A stretch of DNA of 64,000 nucleotides, taken from Squalus acanthias (lineage: Eukaryota). Shown piece after piece: positions 36,353 through 48,231 of this stretch. Numbering within the stretch: the stretch's first letter is position 1; each line of letters begins with the position of its first letter. Under the pieces are notes generated by a model, which ran no database searches, was not told where the DNA came from, and saw only the letters and a program-made list of their open reading frames with translations. The stretch covers positions 9,424,001 to 9,488,000 of the forward strand of contig CM059432.1 in NCBI GenBank assembly GCA_030390025.1, in the 5' to 3' direction. Made by a program: the position numbers and the translations under genes.

Positions 36353-37649
36353 TACTTACTTGAACAGGTGCAATATTTACCAGTGGATAAGTAAATATTT
36401 AAGAACAATATTCCATAAAATGTATTTTGTTTTCCAATCCAATAATAACTGGTGTCAATGATCCAGAAATAGATTCTGTCCAGCTTAAGAACATAAGAAC
36501 ATAAGAACATAAGAAATAGGAGCAGGAGTAGGCCAATCGGCCCCTCGAGCCTGCTCCGCCATTCAATAAGATCATGGCTGATCTGATCCTAACCGCCAAT
36601 CTACTATCTATCACAGAACCATCTCCTGCATCTAACAGAATTGCACACACGAAATAGGAGCAGAATCAGGCTACACAGTCCCTGGGCCCGCTCCACTACC
36701 CACAGGGCCATGACCGATCCGAACCTAGACTCATGTCCAAATTCCTGCCCGCTCCCCGTAACCCTTAATGCCCTTTACTTCTAGGAAACTGTCTATTTCT
36801 GTTTTAAATTTAATTTGGTTGGAATTGCAGCAAAGTGATTGCAGTTCTGTCAACCAGATCAAAGACACTATCCTGGCCGGGAGGTTATCAAGCTGTGTGG
36901 TCCGTTCACTCTCTAAATTCTTATAATTTCCAGAAATGTTTCCAACAAAAATGTCATGGAAACGTTTGTAGTAAAATAGGCTGGTGGGTTGGTTAATGGT
37001 GTGGTGGCTGCTGCCGCACTTCTCTCATGTTGAACTTCTAACCAGACGCAAGCCATGGGCCCCAGTCCCAACCTCGAATGACCACGTGAGCTCGGGATAA
37101 TCATGAGTGCAGCATCAGCAATTCACCACGCCGTTTCTAAACGCAGTGTCATATGGAGGCCGAACTCTGCCTCTCAAGAATGGCAGGAAAATCTTCAGAG
37201 ACTGTACTTTACGTTGACTAATAGCAAGTGCGTTTTTAATCTGGAGTTGTTGTGATCTGGAATGCGCTGCCTGAAAGGGCGGTGGAAGCAGATTCAATAG
37301 TGACTTTCAAAAGGCAATTGGAGATATACTTGAAGGGAAGAAAATCGCGGGGCTACGGGGAAAGAGCAGGGGGAGTGGGACTAATTGGATCGCTCTTTCA
37401 AAGAGCGGCACAGGCACCAGGGGCCGAATGGCCTCCTTCTGTGCTCTATGATTCTATGATTGTGGAGAGGTTTATCAATTAGCTCATCCTACAGTTTCTA
37501 TACCTTCCCCTCCAACTAAAGGGGTAAACGGTTGAGAGGTGAGGGGTGGATGGTAAGAAAGGGCCAGGAAGAGACAAGGGAAAGAAGTCGAGGGAAAAAA
37601 TATCACATAAAATGAAAAAGACACCGATGTTACATAACTAGGTACATAA

Positions 37650-38454
37650 ACTATATTAATTTCCATTCTTTTATTGAAAACTATACAGGTATGACCAAAC
37701 GTAATGACACTTTTTTAATATCCTATTACAAAACCCATTTTTTATTATTCATATATGTACAAATGGAGGAAACTCTACTGAACCATGGAGCAATAATTGT
37801 CTACAAAACTGCGCCTGAAATCTTTTTTTCCCACAGATTGTGACAGATGATGAAATTTCCAATTCGGACATTTAAAAAACCAAAACAATTTCTATCATTC
37901 TTCCCTTTCAGCCTGCAGTGGATAAACAGCCCAGAAAGCATAATGGTGCCGTAAAAATAATTCCTTGCAATTTTAAGTGGCTTATGGAGATGAAAGATGT
38001 TCCATTAATTTACTGTAATTAGATTCTTTCATGCTTTATTTCATCCATATATTCTGGAGTTGAGGGGGGGGGAAAAAAAATCAGCACGTACTCCCATGCC
38101 CAACACTGACCCAGTGCGAAGCCTGGCTCAAACGCAATGGGGGTTTGGGCTTTTTAATATAAATATATCGACGCGTAACAAATCAAAAAATTCTCCTGTA
38201 CAAATCAGAAGAGATAAATGTTTGTAACCTCGCATTGCCGTCATCCTATCCCTTCATATCGAAAAAATGCTAAGCAATGCTCACAATCTGGTTGCTTTGT
38301 GTGTTTTCCATGGGAATTCAGATGAAACTGTACCACCTAAGAAGAGGCAAAGTAAGACTCTTAAAAAATGGTTTCCTATTTACATTTTCTTTTTCCGAAA
38401 CTGTTCTGTGACTTACAAAAACAAAAACTCAGTGCAATCTTTTGACCTGCGTAA
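37650..38454 (-). other. cdh7: cdh7 3' UTR with candidate polyadenylation signals
   Basis: Repeat-free AT-rich block after the stop. AATAAA on the minus strand at 38035-38040, 37741-37746 and 37670-37675; the last is followed by T/GT-rich sequence. Confidence 0.65.
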
Positions 38455-38948
38455 TTAAGAGTGTATGCTGTCCTTCGTGCTGCCATACATGTCTGCCAGC
38501 TTTTTAAAGCGGGGGCCCCAGTCACTGAGGTAATCGTAATTCTGGTCCGAGGCTGAAGTAATGGACTCTAAGGAGCTGAGCGACTCTGCCACTGAGCCGT
38601 TCCCCTCGAACGCGTACGTCTGTAGAGAGTCATACGGAGGAGCGCAGGGATCGGTGTCTGCGCCTTTCATCCTTTCCCAGATAAATTCCCTGAAGATGAT
38701 ATTATCGGGAGACATCTTGTGGGCCGTTTTGGAAAAGAGCTGAATTTCAGGCGTGACATCCCGGCGTGTTTTCACTTCTTGGATGAAATTGAGATTCCTC
38801 AGCGCGGCCATGTCGAAAGCTTCCGTGTCCTCCTCACCGCCTCCTTCATCATCGTACCTGACTATGTTCTCCCTGATGTCCTTCTCCTCGTCAAATATCA
38901 AAGGCTCCTTCTTGCGTCTTCTCAGGGTCACAATGAGCAGCACCAGCA
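38455..38948 (-). CDS. cdh7: Cadherin-7 last coding exon (end of transmembrane helix and catenin-binding cytoplasmic tail)
   Basis: ttgtag|TG CTG...[57 protein letters not shown]...[13 protein letters not shown]...[32 protein letters not shown] and RRDVTPEIQ match CDH7 as I recall it among type II cadherins. Confidence 0.96.
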
Positions 38949-39004
38949 CTACAACGCAAAAAAAAAATAACAATGTTCAAAATCTGCTCCACCAATGTAA
39001 AATA

Positions 39005-39667
39005 TACAGGAACAGAGGAACAGCAGTAGGGTAGGCCATTCAGCCCCTCGAGCCTGTTCCGCCATTCAATTAGACCTGTAACATACCTCCATCTACTCGC
39101 CTTAGGTAAAGGCTATTAAGGGTTACGGAACCAAACAAAAACCTCCGTTTTGAAATTTTCAATTGTCCCCACAGCCTCAACAGCTTTTTGGGGGAGCGAG
39201 TTCCAGATTTCCACCACCCTTTGTGTGAAGAAGTGCTTCCTGACGTCACCCCTGAATGCCCAAGCTGAACTTCAAATATAAGCATATTCATAGCGGAATG
39301 AATGCAGTTCGGTATGAAAATGAAATGATTATAGGAAGGATGTTCCCGATGGCGGGGGAGTCCAGAACCAGGGGTCACAGTCTAAGGATAAGGGGTAAGC
39401 CATTTAGGACTGAGATGAGGAGGAATTTCTTCACCCAGAGGGTGGTGAACCTGTGGAATTCTCTACCACAGAAGGCAGTGGAGGCCAATTCATTAAATAT
39501 ATTCAAGAAGGAGTTAGATATATTTCTTAAGGCTAAAGGGATCAAGGGATATGGGGAGAAAGCAGGGACAGGGTACTGAATTTGGATGATCAGCCATGAT
39601 CTCATTGAATGGCGGAGCAGGCTTGAGGGGCCGAATGGCCTACTCCTGCTCCTATCTTCTATGTTTC
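39005..39667. mobile_element. Two CR1 3' fragments in opposite orientation (39005-39256 minus, 39333-39667 plus) in the last cdh7 intron
   Basis: Both carry CR1 3' hairpin and tail sequence. Confidence 0.85.
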
Positions 39668-40144
39668 TAATGCAGTTTATCAAGCCATCCCCTCGGGTAG
39701 AGGGGGGGGTGGAATCAGCCAGGTTTCCCACCTCCGTTCACTATTCAGTGATTCCAAAGGAAAAGCAGGCATGTTTGGACAATGAGTGATTCCCTCTGAT
39801 GCACACAACTGGAATTAATTTTCCACAACAGGAGCTTTACATAGACACTGTAACGTGGTGACATATTCCCCATGTACTTAGCATTCATGAGCTAGCACTG
39901 AGGTAATCACATCCTGCTTCTGTAATTCATGGTCAGAGACTCGGCCCACAGTGCAATAGAAATTGTAAAGAAATGTAGAGTGTCGGAGCAATCATTCACT
40001 TGCACAAAACTCTCGCTGAGAAATTGATCATTATGGACGAGCCTTGTAGTCATCACAAGAAAGTCACCCACTGCCTTTGCTGCTTAAATATCTGTTAGCA
40101 AAATGGATCCAGGACAACACTTGCCCTCTCCTCCTCATACGTTG

Positions 40145-40577
40145 CAGGACAGGTTTCACAGACTAGGCTTGCATTCCCTTCAGTATAGAAGATTAAGGGG
40201 TGATCTAATTGCGGTGCTTAAGATTAGAGTAATTGATAGGGTAGATAGAGAGAAACTGTTTCCTCAGGTTCGGGGATTACAGAAGAAGTGGGCATGACCT
40301 TAAAATTAGAGCTGGGCCGTTCAGGGGGTGATGTCAGGAAGCATTTCTTCACACGAAGGGTAGTGGGAATCTGGAACTCTCTCCCCCCAAAAAGCTGTTG
40401 AGGCTGGGGGTCAATTGGAAATTTCAAAACTGAGATTGATAGATTTTTGTTAGGCAAAGGGGTATGAAGGGAAGTGGAACCAAGACGGGTAAATGGAGTT
40501 AAGATACAGATCAGCCATGATCCAATTGAATGGCGGGACAGGCTCGAGGGGCTGAATGGCCTCCTCCTGTTCCTCAA
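40145..40577 (+). mobile_element. CR1 3' fragment
   Basis: RLGLHSLQYRRLRGDLI. Confidence 0.85.
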
Positions 40578-40762
40578 TTTATATTTGATTGATTGAAATT
40601 GCCCACTGAAATAACTTCCCTGTTCTCACAAACAGTGTTAATTCCACATAGAGCAAGCTTTCTCCCTTCACATGATGATCTGGTAATCTGTAGCAAATCC
40701 CCAGCATTAGTTTTATCTTTTTTGCACTGAAATTATCTTACAAATAGTTCATTGCGTTTATT

Positions 40763-41521
40763 GACCCAGAAATTAAACATCGATGGTTGCCGCGGGGGTA
40801 AGGATTCCCCGCGATATCGCACTCCACGCCTACCTTTTTGTTTCGGGCCCACACGAACTTCAGTTCGAGGGCCTCTCCCTGTTGCCGGTGTGCAGTGCTT
40901 GCGTGTCCCAGAGGTGCAATTAGTTCGTGTGAGCTCTGGGATCACATGGGCCAGTTAGAGCCAATGGCAGCACACCATCTTTCATTCATAGTTTTGACAG
41001 CAAGGGCTGTCAAAGCTATGAATACAACAAGCCCCCAAAAGAACAGCTAAACCTCAATTAAATTTTAAAAAAAGCCATCACATTAATAAAATAACTATAG
41101 TTAAATAAATTAACCACTTTAAACAAAAAATTAAATTTTTGAAAAAATTTAAATTCTTTTTAAAAGTTATAAAAATAAACTTACCTTTCTTTAAAGTCTC
41201 TAAAAAAGATAAACCTGTTGAAAAAAATTTAACACTTAATTAACTACTTACCTTGTTAAAAGGGGGTCCTACGCCTGCTTTCTTTATGTGTAAAATCTTC
41301 ACCACTTACCTGCGCGTTCAAAGCTGAAAAAATAACTAAGTGCACTGCGTGCGCGCAGCCTGTAGTGCGCACGCGGTTCACTTAGGAACCGCCCCCTTCG
41401 CCATACACGAAGTGCCAGTTTCCCGCGCATGCGCAGTGCATGCAGGAAACCGGCAATTCGGGACCTAATACGCGAGAGTACACAGTGCGTACTCTCGCGT
41501 ATTAGGTCTAATTTTCGGGCC
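40763..41521. mobile_element. PIF/Harbinger-type MITE
   Basis: TIRs GACCCAGAAATTA / TAATTTTCGGGCC (10/13); TSD ATT at 40760-40762 and 41522-41524; AT-rich core like the 6843 MITE. Confidence 0.72.
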
Positions 41522-41585
41522 ATTAAGTTTATTTTGCTACCTGATGTCCCTAACATATAGGGATACAACTTTCCTATTTACTCTG

Positions 41586-41772
41586 TGAGAAGTCGCACAA
41601 CACCAGGTTATAGTCCAACAGTTTTATTTGAAATCACAAGCTTTCGGAGCGCTGCTCCTTCGTCAGGTGAAGTGAAGAGATACATATAGGCACCTGTTGG
41701 ACTATAACCTGGTGTTGTGTGACTTCTCACAGTTGTCCACCCCAGTCCAACACCGGCATCTCCACATCATGG
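41586..41772. mobile_element. Mini Penelope family 1 insertion (inverted plus direct pLTR pieces)
   Basis: 12-bp TSD CTATTTACTCTG at 41574-41585 and 41773-41784; homologous to 18000-18126. Confidence 0.88.
41634..41670 (-). ncRNA. Minimal type I hammerhead ribozyme motif, sense to the cdh7 pre-mRNA
   Basis: TCAC CTGACGA A GGAGC-AGC-GCTCC GAAA GC TT GTGA. Confidence 0.78.
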
Positions 41773-41929
41773 CTATTTACTCTGAACATGCTATACCCTT
41801 CTTTCTTTCAGGGAGCGGTTATTATTTTATCCTCTATGGATGGCAAGCTCACGGGTTTATAGGTCCTTTTTAACACATTTGCTCCTCTCCAGTTTTTTGG
41901 CAAAATTTCTATATTCAGTGTTTTTTTTT

Positions 41930-42661
41930 TATTCATTCATGGGATGTGGGCGTCACTGGCAAGTCCAGCATTTATTGCCCATCCCTAATTGCCCTTGAGA
42001 AGGTGGTGGTGAGCCGCCTTCTTGAACCGCTGCAGTCCGTGTGGTGAAGGTGCTCCCACAGTGCTGTTAGGGAGGGAGTTCCAGGATTTTGACCCAGCGA
42101 CAATGAAGGAACGGCGATATACTTCTAAGTCAGGATGGCTTGTGACTTGGACGGGAACTTGGAGGAGGTGGTGTTCCCCATGTGCCTGCTGCCCTTGTCC
42201 TTCTAGGTGGAAGAGGTCGCGGGTTTGGGAGGTGCTGCCGAAGAAGCCTTGGCGAGTTGCTGCAGTGCATCTTGTAGATGGTACACACTGCAGCCACGGT
42301 GCACCGGTGGTGGAGGGAGTGAATGTTTAAGGTGGTGGGTGGGGTGCCAAGCAAGCGGGTTGCTTTGTCCTGGATGGTGTCGAGCTTCTTGAGTGTTGTT
42401 GGAGCTGCACTCATCCAGGCAAGTGGAGAGTAATCCATCACACTCCTGACTTGTGCCTTGTAGATGGTGGAAAGACTTTGGGGAGTCAGGAGGTGAGACA
42501 CTCGCCGCAGAATACCTAGCCTCTGACCTGCTCTTGTTGCCACAGTATTTATGTGGCTGGTCCAGTTAAGTTTCTGATTAATGGTGACTCCCAGGATGTT
42601 GATAGTGGGGGATTCGACGATGGTAATGCCGTTGAATGTCAAGGGGAGGTGGTTAGACTCT
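41930..42661 (-). mobile_element. LINE family B 3' fragment
   Basis: ORF 42130-42642. Confidence 0.88.
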
Positions 42662-42726
42662 CTACATTATCCCTACGTTGTCCCCTACATTATTCATCAG
42701 ATTCTCATTCATCATCTTCTTTAACT

Positions 42727-43560
42727 GTAGAATCACACAGCACGAGCGATCCAAATACTCCCACTCCCCCTGCTCTTTCCCCCATAGCCCTGCTAATTTT
42801 CTTCCTTTTCAAGTATTTATCCAATTTCCTTTAGAAAGTTACCATTGATTCTGCTTCCACCGCCCTTTCAGGCAGCGCGTTCCAGATCACAACAACTCAC
42901 TGAGTAAAAAAGAATTCTCATCTTCCCCTGGCTTTTTAAATTATGTTAAATCTGTCCTCTGGTTAATGACCTTCCAGCCAGTGTAAACATTCTCCCTAGC
43001 TACTCTGTCGAAACCCCTCATCATTTTGAACACCTCTATTAAATCTCCCCTTAACCTTCTCTGTTCTAAGGAGAACAACTGAAGTCCCTCATTCCTGGTA
43101 CCATTCTAGTAAATCTCCTCTACACCTTCTCCAAGGCCTTGATATCCTTTCTACAGTGTGATGCCCAGAATTGGACACAATACTCTAGCTGAGGCCCAAC
43201 CAATAATTCATAAAGGTTTTAACATAACTTCCTTTGACACTTCTTTACAGTGTCAATCAGGCCTGGTGTTTGCTCTCTTCTAGTGTCATTGGTCTTTCTA
43301 TCATCTCTTCATCGGTAACTTCTATAGCCAATAGATTTTATCTTCTTGCCCTTTAAATGCTAACCTGCATGCAGAAGACAGTCCTTTGATTAGAATCATA
43401 GAATAGTACAGCACGGAAGGAGGCCATTCGGTCCCATCGAGTCTGCGCCGGCTCTTTCGAAGAGCAATCCAGTTAGTCCCACTCCCCCGGCTCTTTCCCC
43501 ATATCACTGCAATTTTTTCTCCTTCAAGTATTTATCCAATTCCCTTTTGAAGGCAGTTAT
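42727..43560 (-). mobile_element. CR1 fragments (about 42727-43232 and 43390-43560)
   Basis: Reverse-complement CR1 3' sequence. Confidence 0.8.
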
Positions 43561-43800
43561 TATGGGCATTTACTATTCTACTATATGCAGCCCAGGGTCT
43601 CTCAGGGGTCCCATTATTTCCTTTATCCTCTATATTCCCTGAATGTAGGCCTTTACAACAAAGTCTTAATATGGCTCCTGGAAGTCAAATTATTGTTAGG
43701 AGTTACAGAGCAAGATATTTGGCCCACAGAGTGTGAGAGCAGGGCATCTCACCATAAGTTGAATTTTTTTTCCTGGAACCCTTCAGGTCAAAATTCTTTT

Positions 43801-44447
43801 GCGCTGTAACTTGCTGGACGTATGAGCTGATAACAGGGCAACGGGGCATCAGTAACCTTGGTAAACGACGGTACCAACCGTCTATCTCCTTAACCAATGA
43901 GATTTAAGGATTGAGAAGGAAAGAGAGGAACGACGGAAAGGGAAAGTGAATTAGAGTCACATCAGGTACAGAAAGAAAAATAAAGAGAGGGAAGGAAAGA
44001 TTGGATTAAGAAAGAGAGACAAAAGAGACAGAAAAGAAAAGTAAGAAAAAAAAACCTCTAGGAACAATTCACTACCTGTAGGAATGAGCGTCCACAGTTT
44101 CAATTGTTCACTTTCTGGGCCGGAGAGGTTGAGTGACATTGGAGTAACGTAAAGCTCGTCATTAAAAGGGTCCTTACGCCGTTAAGTACCTGCCCTAACT
44201 TTCTGTGACAAGTTTAATGGGTAATTAATGTGCAAAAGCAGCAATTTCTTGAAGCTCATGGGGAGGTGGAGGGCGAGCCGTCGTTTTCACATGGCTAACG
44301 ACGGAGCGGCGCAACTCGTCCAGCAGCTGGTGGCGATTCGCAATTCACGGGGTGTCTCTTCCTCGCCACAAGTTGCTGGACGATTTATACGTTAATAACA
44401 GCAAGCGCCTTTAAACGCAATGTTGTTTTACCAGCAAATTCTGGCCC
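43801..44447. mobile_element. Older Harbinger-type MITE
   Basis: TIRs GCGCTGTAACTTGCTGG / CCAGCAAATTCTGGCCC (12/17); no clean TSD. Confidence 0.55.
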
Positions 44448-44572
44448 AATGCTGCCATTAACGTTGTCAAATCTGAGTGAGACTGAACTTGATCCAACTT
44501 GGAGGTATTCAGTCATTTTCTTTTTCCTCAAACAGAACATCCCATTTCAAACATTAGCAACACCTTGCAAGT

Positions 44573-45044
44573 GTCAGCTGTGGCTCAGTGGGTAGCACCC
44601 TCACCTCTGAGTCATGAAGGTTGTGGGTTCATAGTCCCACTCCAGGGACTTAAGAACAATCTAGGCTGACACTCCAGTGCAGTGCTGAGGGAGTGCTGCA
44701 CTGTCGAAGGTGCCGTCTTTCGGATGAGACGTTAAACCGAGGCCCCCGTCTGCCCTCTCAGGTGGACGTAAAAGATCCCATGGCCACTATTTCGATAGAA
44801 GAGCAGGGGAGTTATCCCCGGTGTCCTGGCCAATATTTATCCCTTAATCAACATCACTAAAACAGATTATCTGGTCATTATCACATTGCTGTTTGTGGGA
44901 GCTTGCTGAGCACAAATTGGCTGCTGTGTTTCCCACATTACAACAGTGACTAACTACACTTCAAAAAGTACTTCATTGGCTACAAAGCGCTTTGAGACGT
45001 CCGGTGGTTGTGTAAGGCGCTATACAAATGCAAGTCTTCTTCTT
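44573..45044 (+). mobile_element. Deu-domain SINE, full length
   Basis: A/B boxes, core and tail. Confidence 0.9.
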
Positions 45045-45079
45045 ACAAGGGCAAAATCATTAAGATAGAGGTTACGTAC

Positions 45080-45331
45080 CCAGCAGTGTCAGGACACAGG
45101 CCAGTATGGCGATGAGAGCTCCAGTGCTGAGGCCCGCAGGCAGAGCAAAGGCTTCAGCATTGCACGAATGGGCGATGCCATCGTCATCGCACCCACAGAC
45201 CCGGACAGTGAGGGTGTTGGTGCTGCTCAGTGACGGAGTGCCGTTGTCCACGATCAGGATGGGCAGGAAGTAAACGGCCTGTTCTTGTCGGCTGAAACCG
45301 GCTCTCCGAGTCAGAATCACAGCGGTGTTAT
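45080..45331 (-). CDS. cdh7: Cadherin-7 coding exon (end of EC5 and start of transmembrane helix)
   Basis: tttag|AT AAC...CTG G|gtacgt; 252 bp; [48 protein letters not shown]...[17 protein letters not shown]. Confidence 0.96.
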
Positions 45332-45660
45332 CTAAATATTTGTTTGGGGGGAAAAATGATTGTTATTTTTACATAGAATTATGTACAGCACAGAAACAGG
45401 CCATTCGGCCCAACAGAACCATGCTGGTGTTTCTGCTCCATACGAGCCTTCTCCCACCCCGACTTCATCTCACCCCATCAACATAACCTTCTATTCCTTT
45501 CTCCCTCGTGTGTTTATCCAGCTTCCCCTTAAAGGCATCTGTGTTATTCGCCTCAACCACTCCCTGTGGTAGCGAGTCCACATTCTCACCACTCTCTTTG
45601 TAAAGAAGTTTCTCCTGAATTCCTTATTGGATTTCTTCGTCACTATCTTATATTTGTGGT

Positions 45661-45828
45661 CAATCAATGTTCCCGTTAAGCTTCGCGGCCGCGCAGCGTT
45701 CTGGAGGTCCTGCGCTGGCCGCTCACCAGCTTTTAAATGGAAAAACCGCGCATGCGCGGAAATCTGAATGGGCTGCGCAGCCCGTTAAAGGGGCCACGCA
45801 CCCCCAAAAAAAATTAGGAGGAATGTTG
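45661..45828. mobile_element. hAT-type MITE inserted in a CR1 fragment (about 45372-45660, minus)
   Basis: Ends CAATGTTCCC...GGAATGTTG; 8-bp TSD TTTGTGGT / TTTATGGC (6/8). Confidence 0.65.
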
Positions 45829-45899
45829 TTTATGGCCCCTCATTTTTAGACAGTAAATTTGATACATATATATATTCATGAATTTTATTTTGTATTCGG

Positions 45900-46828
45900 T
45901 TTGCAGATGATACAAAGATGGGTGGGAAAGCAAGTTGTGCAGAGGACTCAAAGAATCTGAAAAGGGATATAGACAGGCTAGGTGAGTGGGCAAACATTTG
46001 GCAGATGGAGTATAATGTGGGAAAGTGCGAGGTTATCCACTTTGGCAGGAAAAATAAAAAGGCAAACTATTATTTAAATGGAGAGAGATTACAAAATGCT
46101 ACAGTTCAGAGGGATCTGGGGGTCCTTGTGCATGAAACACATAAAGTTAGCATGCAGGGACAGCAAGTAATCAAAAAGGCAAATGGAATGTTGGCCTTTA
46201 TTGCAAAGGGGTTGGAGTATAAAAGCAGGGAAGTCCTGCTACAACTGTACAGGGTATTGGTGAGACCACACCTTGAGTACTGCGTACAATTTTGGTCTCC
46301 TTATTTAAGGAAGGATATACTTGCATTGGAGGCAGTTCAGAGACGATTCACTAAGTTAATTCCAGAGATGAGGGGTTTGACTTATGAGGAAAGGTTGAGC
46401 AGGTTGGGCCTATACTCATTGGACTTTAGAAGAATGAGAGGTGATCGTATCGAAACATCTAAGATACTGAAGGGGCTCGACAAGGTAGATGCAGAGAGGA
46501 TGTTTCCCCTCGTGGGGAAATCTAGAACTCGGGGGCACAGTTTCAGAATAAAGGGTCGGCCTTTTAGAACTGAGATGAGGAGGAATTTCTTCTCTCAGAG
46601 GGTCGTAAATCTGTGGAATTCTCTGCCCCAGAGAGCTGTGGAGGCTGGGTCATTAAATACATTTAAAGTGGAGATAGACAGATTTTTGCAAGATAAGGGA
46701 GTGAATGGTTATGGGGAGCGGGCAGGGAAGTGGCTTTGAGGCCAAGATCAGCCATGATCTTATTGAATGGCGGAGCAGACTCGAGGGGCCAAGTGGCCTA
46801 TTCCTGCTCCTATTTCTTATCTTCTTAT
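45900..46828 (+). mobile_element. CR1 3' fragment (from FADD to tail; 273-aa open stretch)
   Basis: ORF 45918-46739 is the CR1 ORF2 C-terminus. Confidence 0.92.
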
Positions 46829-47826
46829 TCATGCGATGAGCAAGATATACCTGTTATGTACAAGTATGGGTGACCCTTTGCTTAATAATGTAACGCACGG
46901 CTCAGTGGTACACTCATTTGGCACGATTCAATGAACTACTAGACGTGACTTATTCAAGTGAAAGTCAGCGTCCATTAAGTATTTCCATCTTTTTTCCCCC
47001 CCACTTGCCTTACTTTAAATAGGCAGCGCCAAAATTTGTCTTTGCTATCCTGTTTTATTCAGCAGCTGGGCACGCCCTTGAGGACATTACAGCTTAATTA
47101 TAAAGAGCTCTGTCACCATCCATCATCTCATGACAGGCGGACATGTTGTGCGGGTGCCACAGGTCTCCAGCGCTTTCGCACTTTGATTGATCAGTTCCAC
47201 AGCGAACAACATGTTTGCACTGAAAAGCCATTAACAAAGCAAAACACATTTTTGTCACGCTGTCATATCACAATGTAAAATACGCGACATTAAAGAAAAA
47301 GGTCACCTCTCTTTTCATGTCTTTTCAACCCGATTTACAGAATAATTTGCGATATTACAGTGCCGGAAAATAAAACATGGAGGGTTTTATTTTTAAAACC
47401 ACCTCACCAGATTTTTTAATTTTTTTGGGGGGGCGGGGTTATTTCTGTAAAGTCACCTTTGCCTGACCGATATCGCGTTATAACGCTGGGAGCAAGCTGT
47501 GTAAGAACTCGAGCTGTCGAGATTCGAGGCCATGACGGTAGACATTGCTCGGATTAAGAGAGGCGAAGGTAGAATTTGGAAAAAGTTGCCGCGGGGAAAT
47601 GAGTGGCCACTATTCCACTTCCATCTCGCTGTTTGCGATGATTTCAGCAGCACCGCTTCCGAGCGGACAGCTGATCCATGTGTGTAACTTACTACGGGAG
47701 CCAATTACTCTGCAATTGACACAGTGGGTTTTTTCCTTTGGCTCGGAGTCGCGTAAGATAAAGGTCATAAACCGCGCGAAATGACGACTGACCCAGGCAC
47801 TAATCCGGCAGTGAATAAATAGGTAC

Positions 47827-47944
47827 CTCTGTTGTCTTGCACGGTGAAGTTCAGGTTGTTTGCAGCCCCGGGAGCAAGGGAAAAATAAAAGTGGTGCCCG
47901 CTGGGTGGCTTATCTCTGTCCACCGCACTGATTCGCTGAATTAT
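47827..47944 (-). CDS. cdh7: Cadherin-7 coding exon (EC5)
   Basis: ttacag|ATA ATT...AGA G|gtacct; 118 bp; IIQRISAVDRDKPPSGHHFYFSLAPGAANNLNFTVQDNR(D) with the AxDxD motif. Confidence 0.95.
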
Positions 47945-48231
47945 CTGTAAGCACAGCAAAAGATCAGAATTGATTTTGGGCCGAAGCATGACTGCAGCAA
48001 CTCGACACACCAGGTCACATTAAGAAGGTCGAGATATCTTCATGACACAAATATACGCTTCCAGAAATATGTAAAGAGCCATGAATAACATAAGGTAAAG
48101 ACATAAGGACGCATAGAATGGGGAAACAGTCAGTCATTCAGCACATCCTTCCATGGGTCGTACACAGTCTGATGTATCTTGGAGTTTATCCAACGTATTT
48201 CAATTGCTGAGGAATGATTCTGATTCGGCAG

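Noticed and set aside
1..37600. Exons of a neighbouring gene such as cdh19
   Set aside because: I found no cadherin or other host-protein motifs with splice sites. Short exons could have been missed by eye.
38949..38973. ORF-track N-terminus MLFFFCVV of the cadherin ORF
   Set aside because: It is the intronic polypyrimidine tract; the exon starts at 38948 after ttgtag.
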